The position numbers and the translations under genes are program-made. From an uncultured Dictyoglomota bacterium (GTDB taxonomy: Bacteria; Dictyoglomota; Dictyoglomia; Dictyoglomales; Dictyoglomaceae), in assembly GCA_964654465.1 (NCBI GenBank), contig CAZZIO010000065.1, positions 1 to 64,000 on the forward strand: a stretch of 64,000 nt of DNA, given 5' to 3'. Below, in pieces: positions 63,796 through 64,000 of the stretch (positions are counted from its first letter, which is position 1; every line of letters begins with the position of its first letter). The notes below the pieces were generated by a model that had not been told where the DNA came from, did not search any database, and saw only the letters and a program-made list of their open reading frames with translations.

Positions 63796-63999
63796 TTAAT
63801 ACCTTATTGCCGATACAACTCCCGAAATATCAGCCTTAAAACTCTCCACATTTATACTCATACCAACCTTTACTTTAACCCCAAGAATAACACTATCTTC
63901 TGTTACATAACCTTTAGTAGTAAAAGTAATAAGCATATCCACATTAAATGGATTATTCACATCATCTATAAAAGTATATGTGTCATTAAAATTAGGTAC
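63796..63999 (-). CDS. Partial CDS (C-terminal 67 aa), DUF4330-like
   Basis: Open frame from the window edge: ...DMLITFTTKGYVTEDSVILGVKVKVGMSINVE...IRY*, stopping just before the ligase ATG. Confidence 0.55.
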   Translation of the reverse strand, partial: VPNFNDTYTFIDDVNNPFNVDMLITFTTKGYVTEDSVILGVKVKVGMSINVESFKADISGVVSAIRY

Positions 64000-64000
64000 C

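Overview
AT-rich, gene-dense bacterial chromosomal window. Its gene content (heptose pathway, GH57, thermophile-type PDO, several archaeal-type genes) suggests an anaerobic thermophile resembling Dictyoglomus; this is inference, not a database result. It holds about 59 CDS: mostly housekeeping (ATP-dependent ligase, tldD/pmbA, nfi, trxB, folC, nadABC, guaB, pcrA-like helicase, nifS/iscU, gmhAB/rfaE), with no mobile element, CRISPR array, tRNA or rRNA coding sequence recognised. Most notable: (1) a LacI-linked corrinoid protein/RACo-type activator/MtaA-like methyltransferase module directly upstream of the methanogen-type homocysteine synthesis trio (DUF39, NIL-ferredoxin, UPF0280), a candidate alternative methionine route, with a Met/Cys-containing coupled leader ORF; (2) a DapF with both catalytic Cys replaced by Ser; (3) candidate cis-regulatory RNAs, namely an ANTAR-like attenuator before a PEPCK-like DUF4914 gene, a structured leader before a NitT/TauT ABC transporter and a terminator-bearing leader before a MATE gene; (4) long inverted repeats hidden in the 3' ends of at least four convergent ORFs; (5) an IctB-like ligase fused to a GT9 domain next to ADP-heptose genes. 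All calls come from motif recognition by eye.
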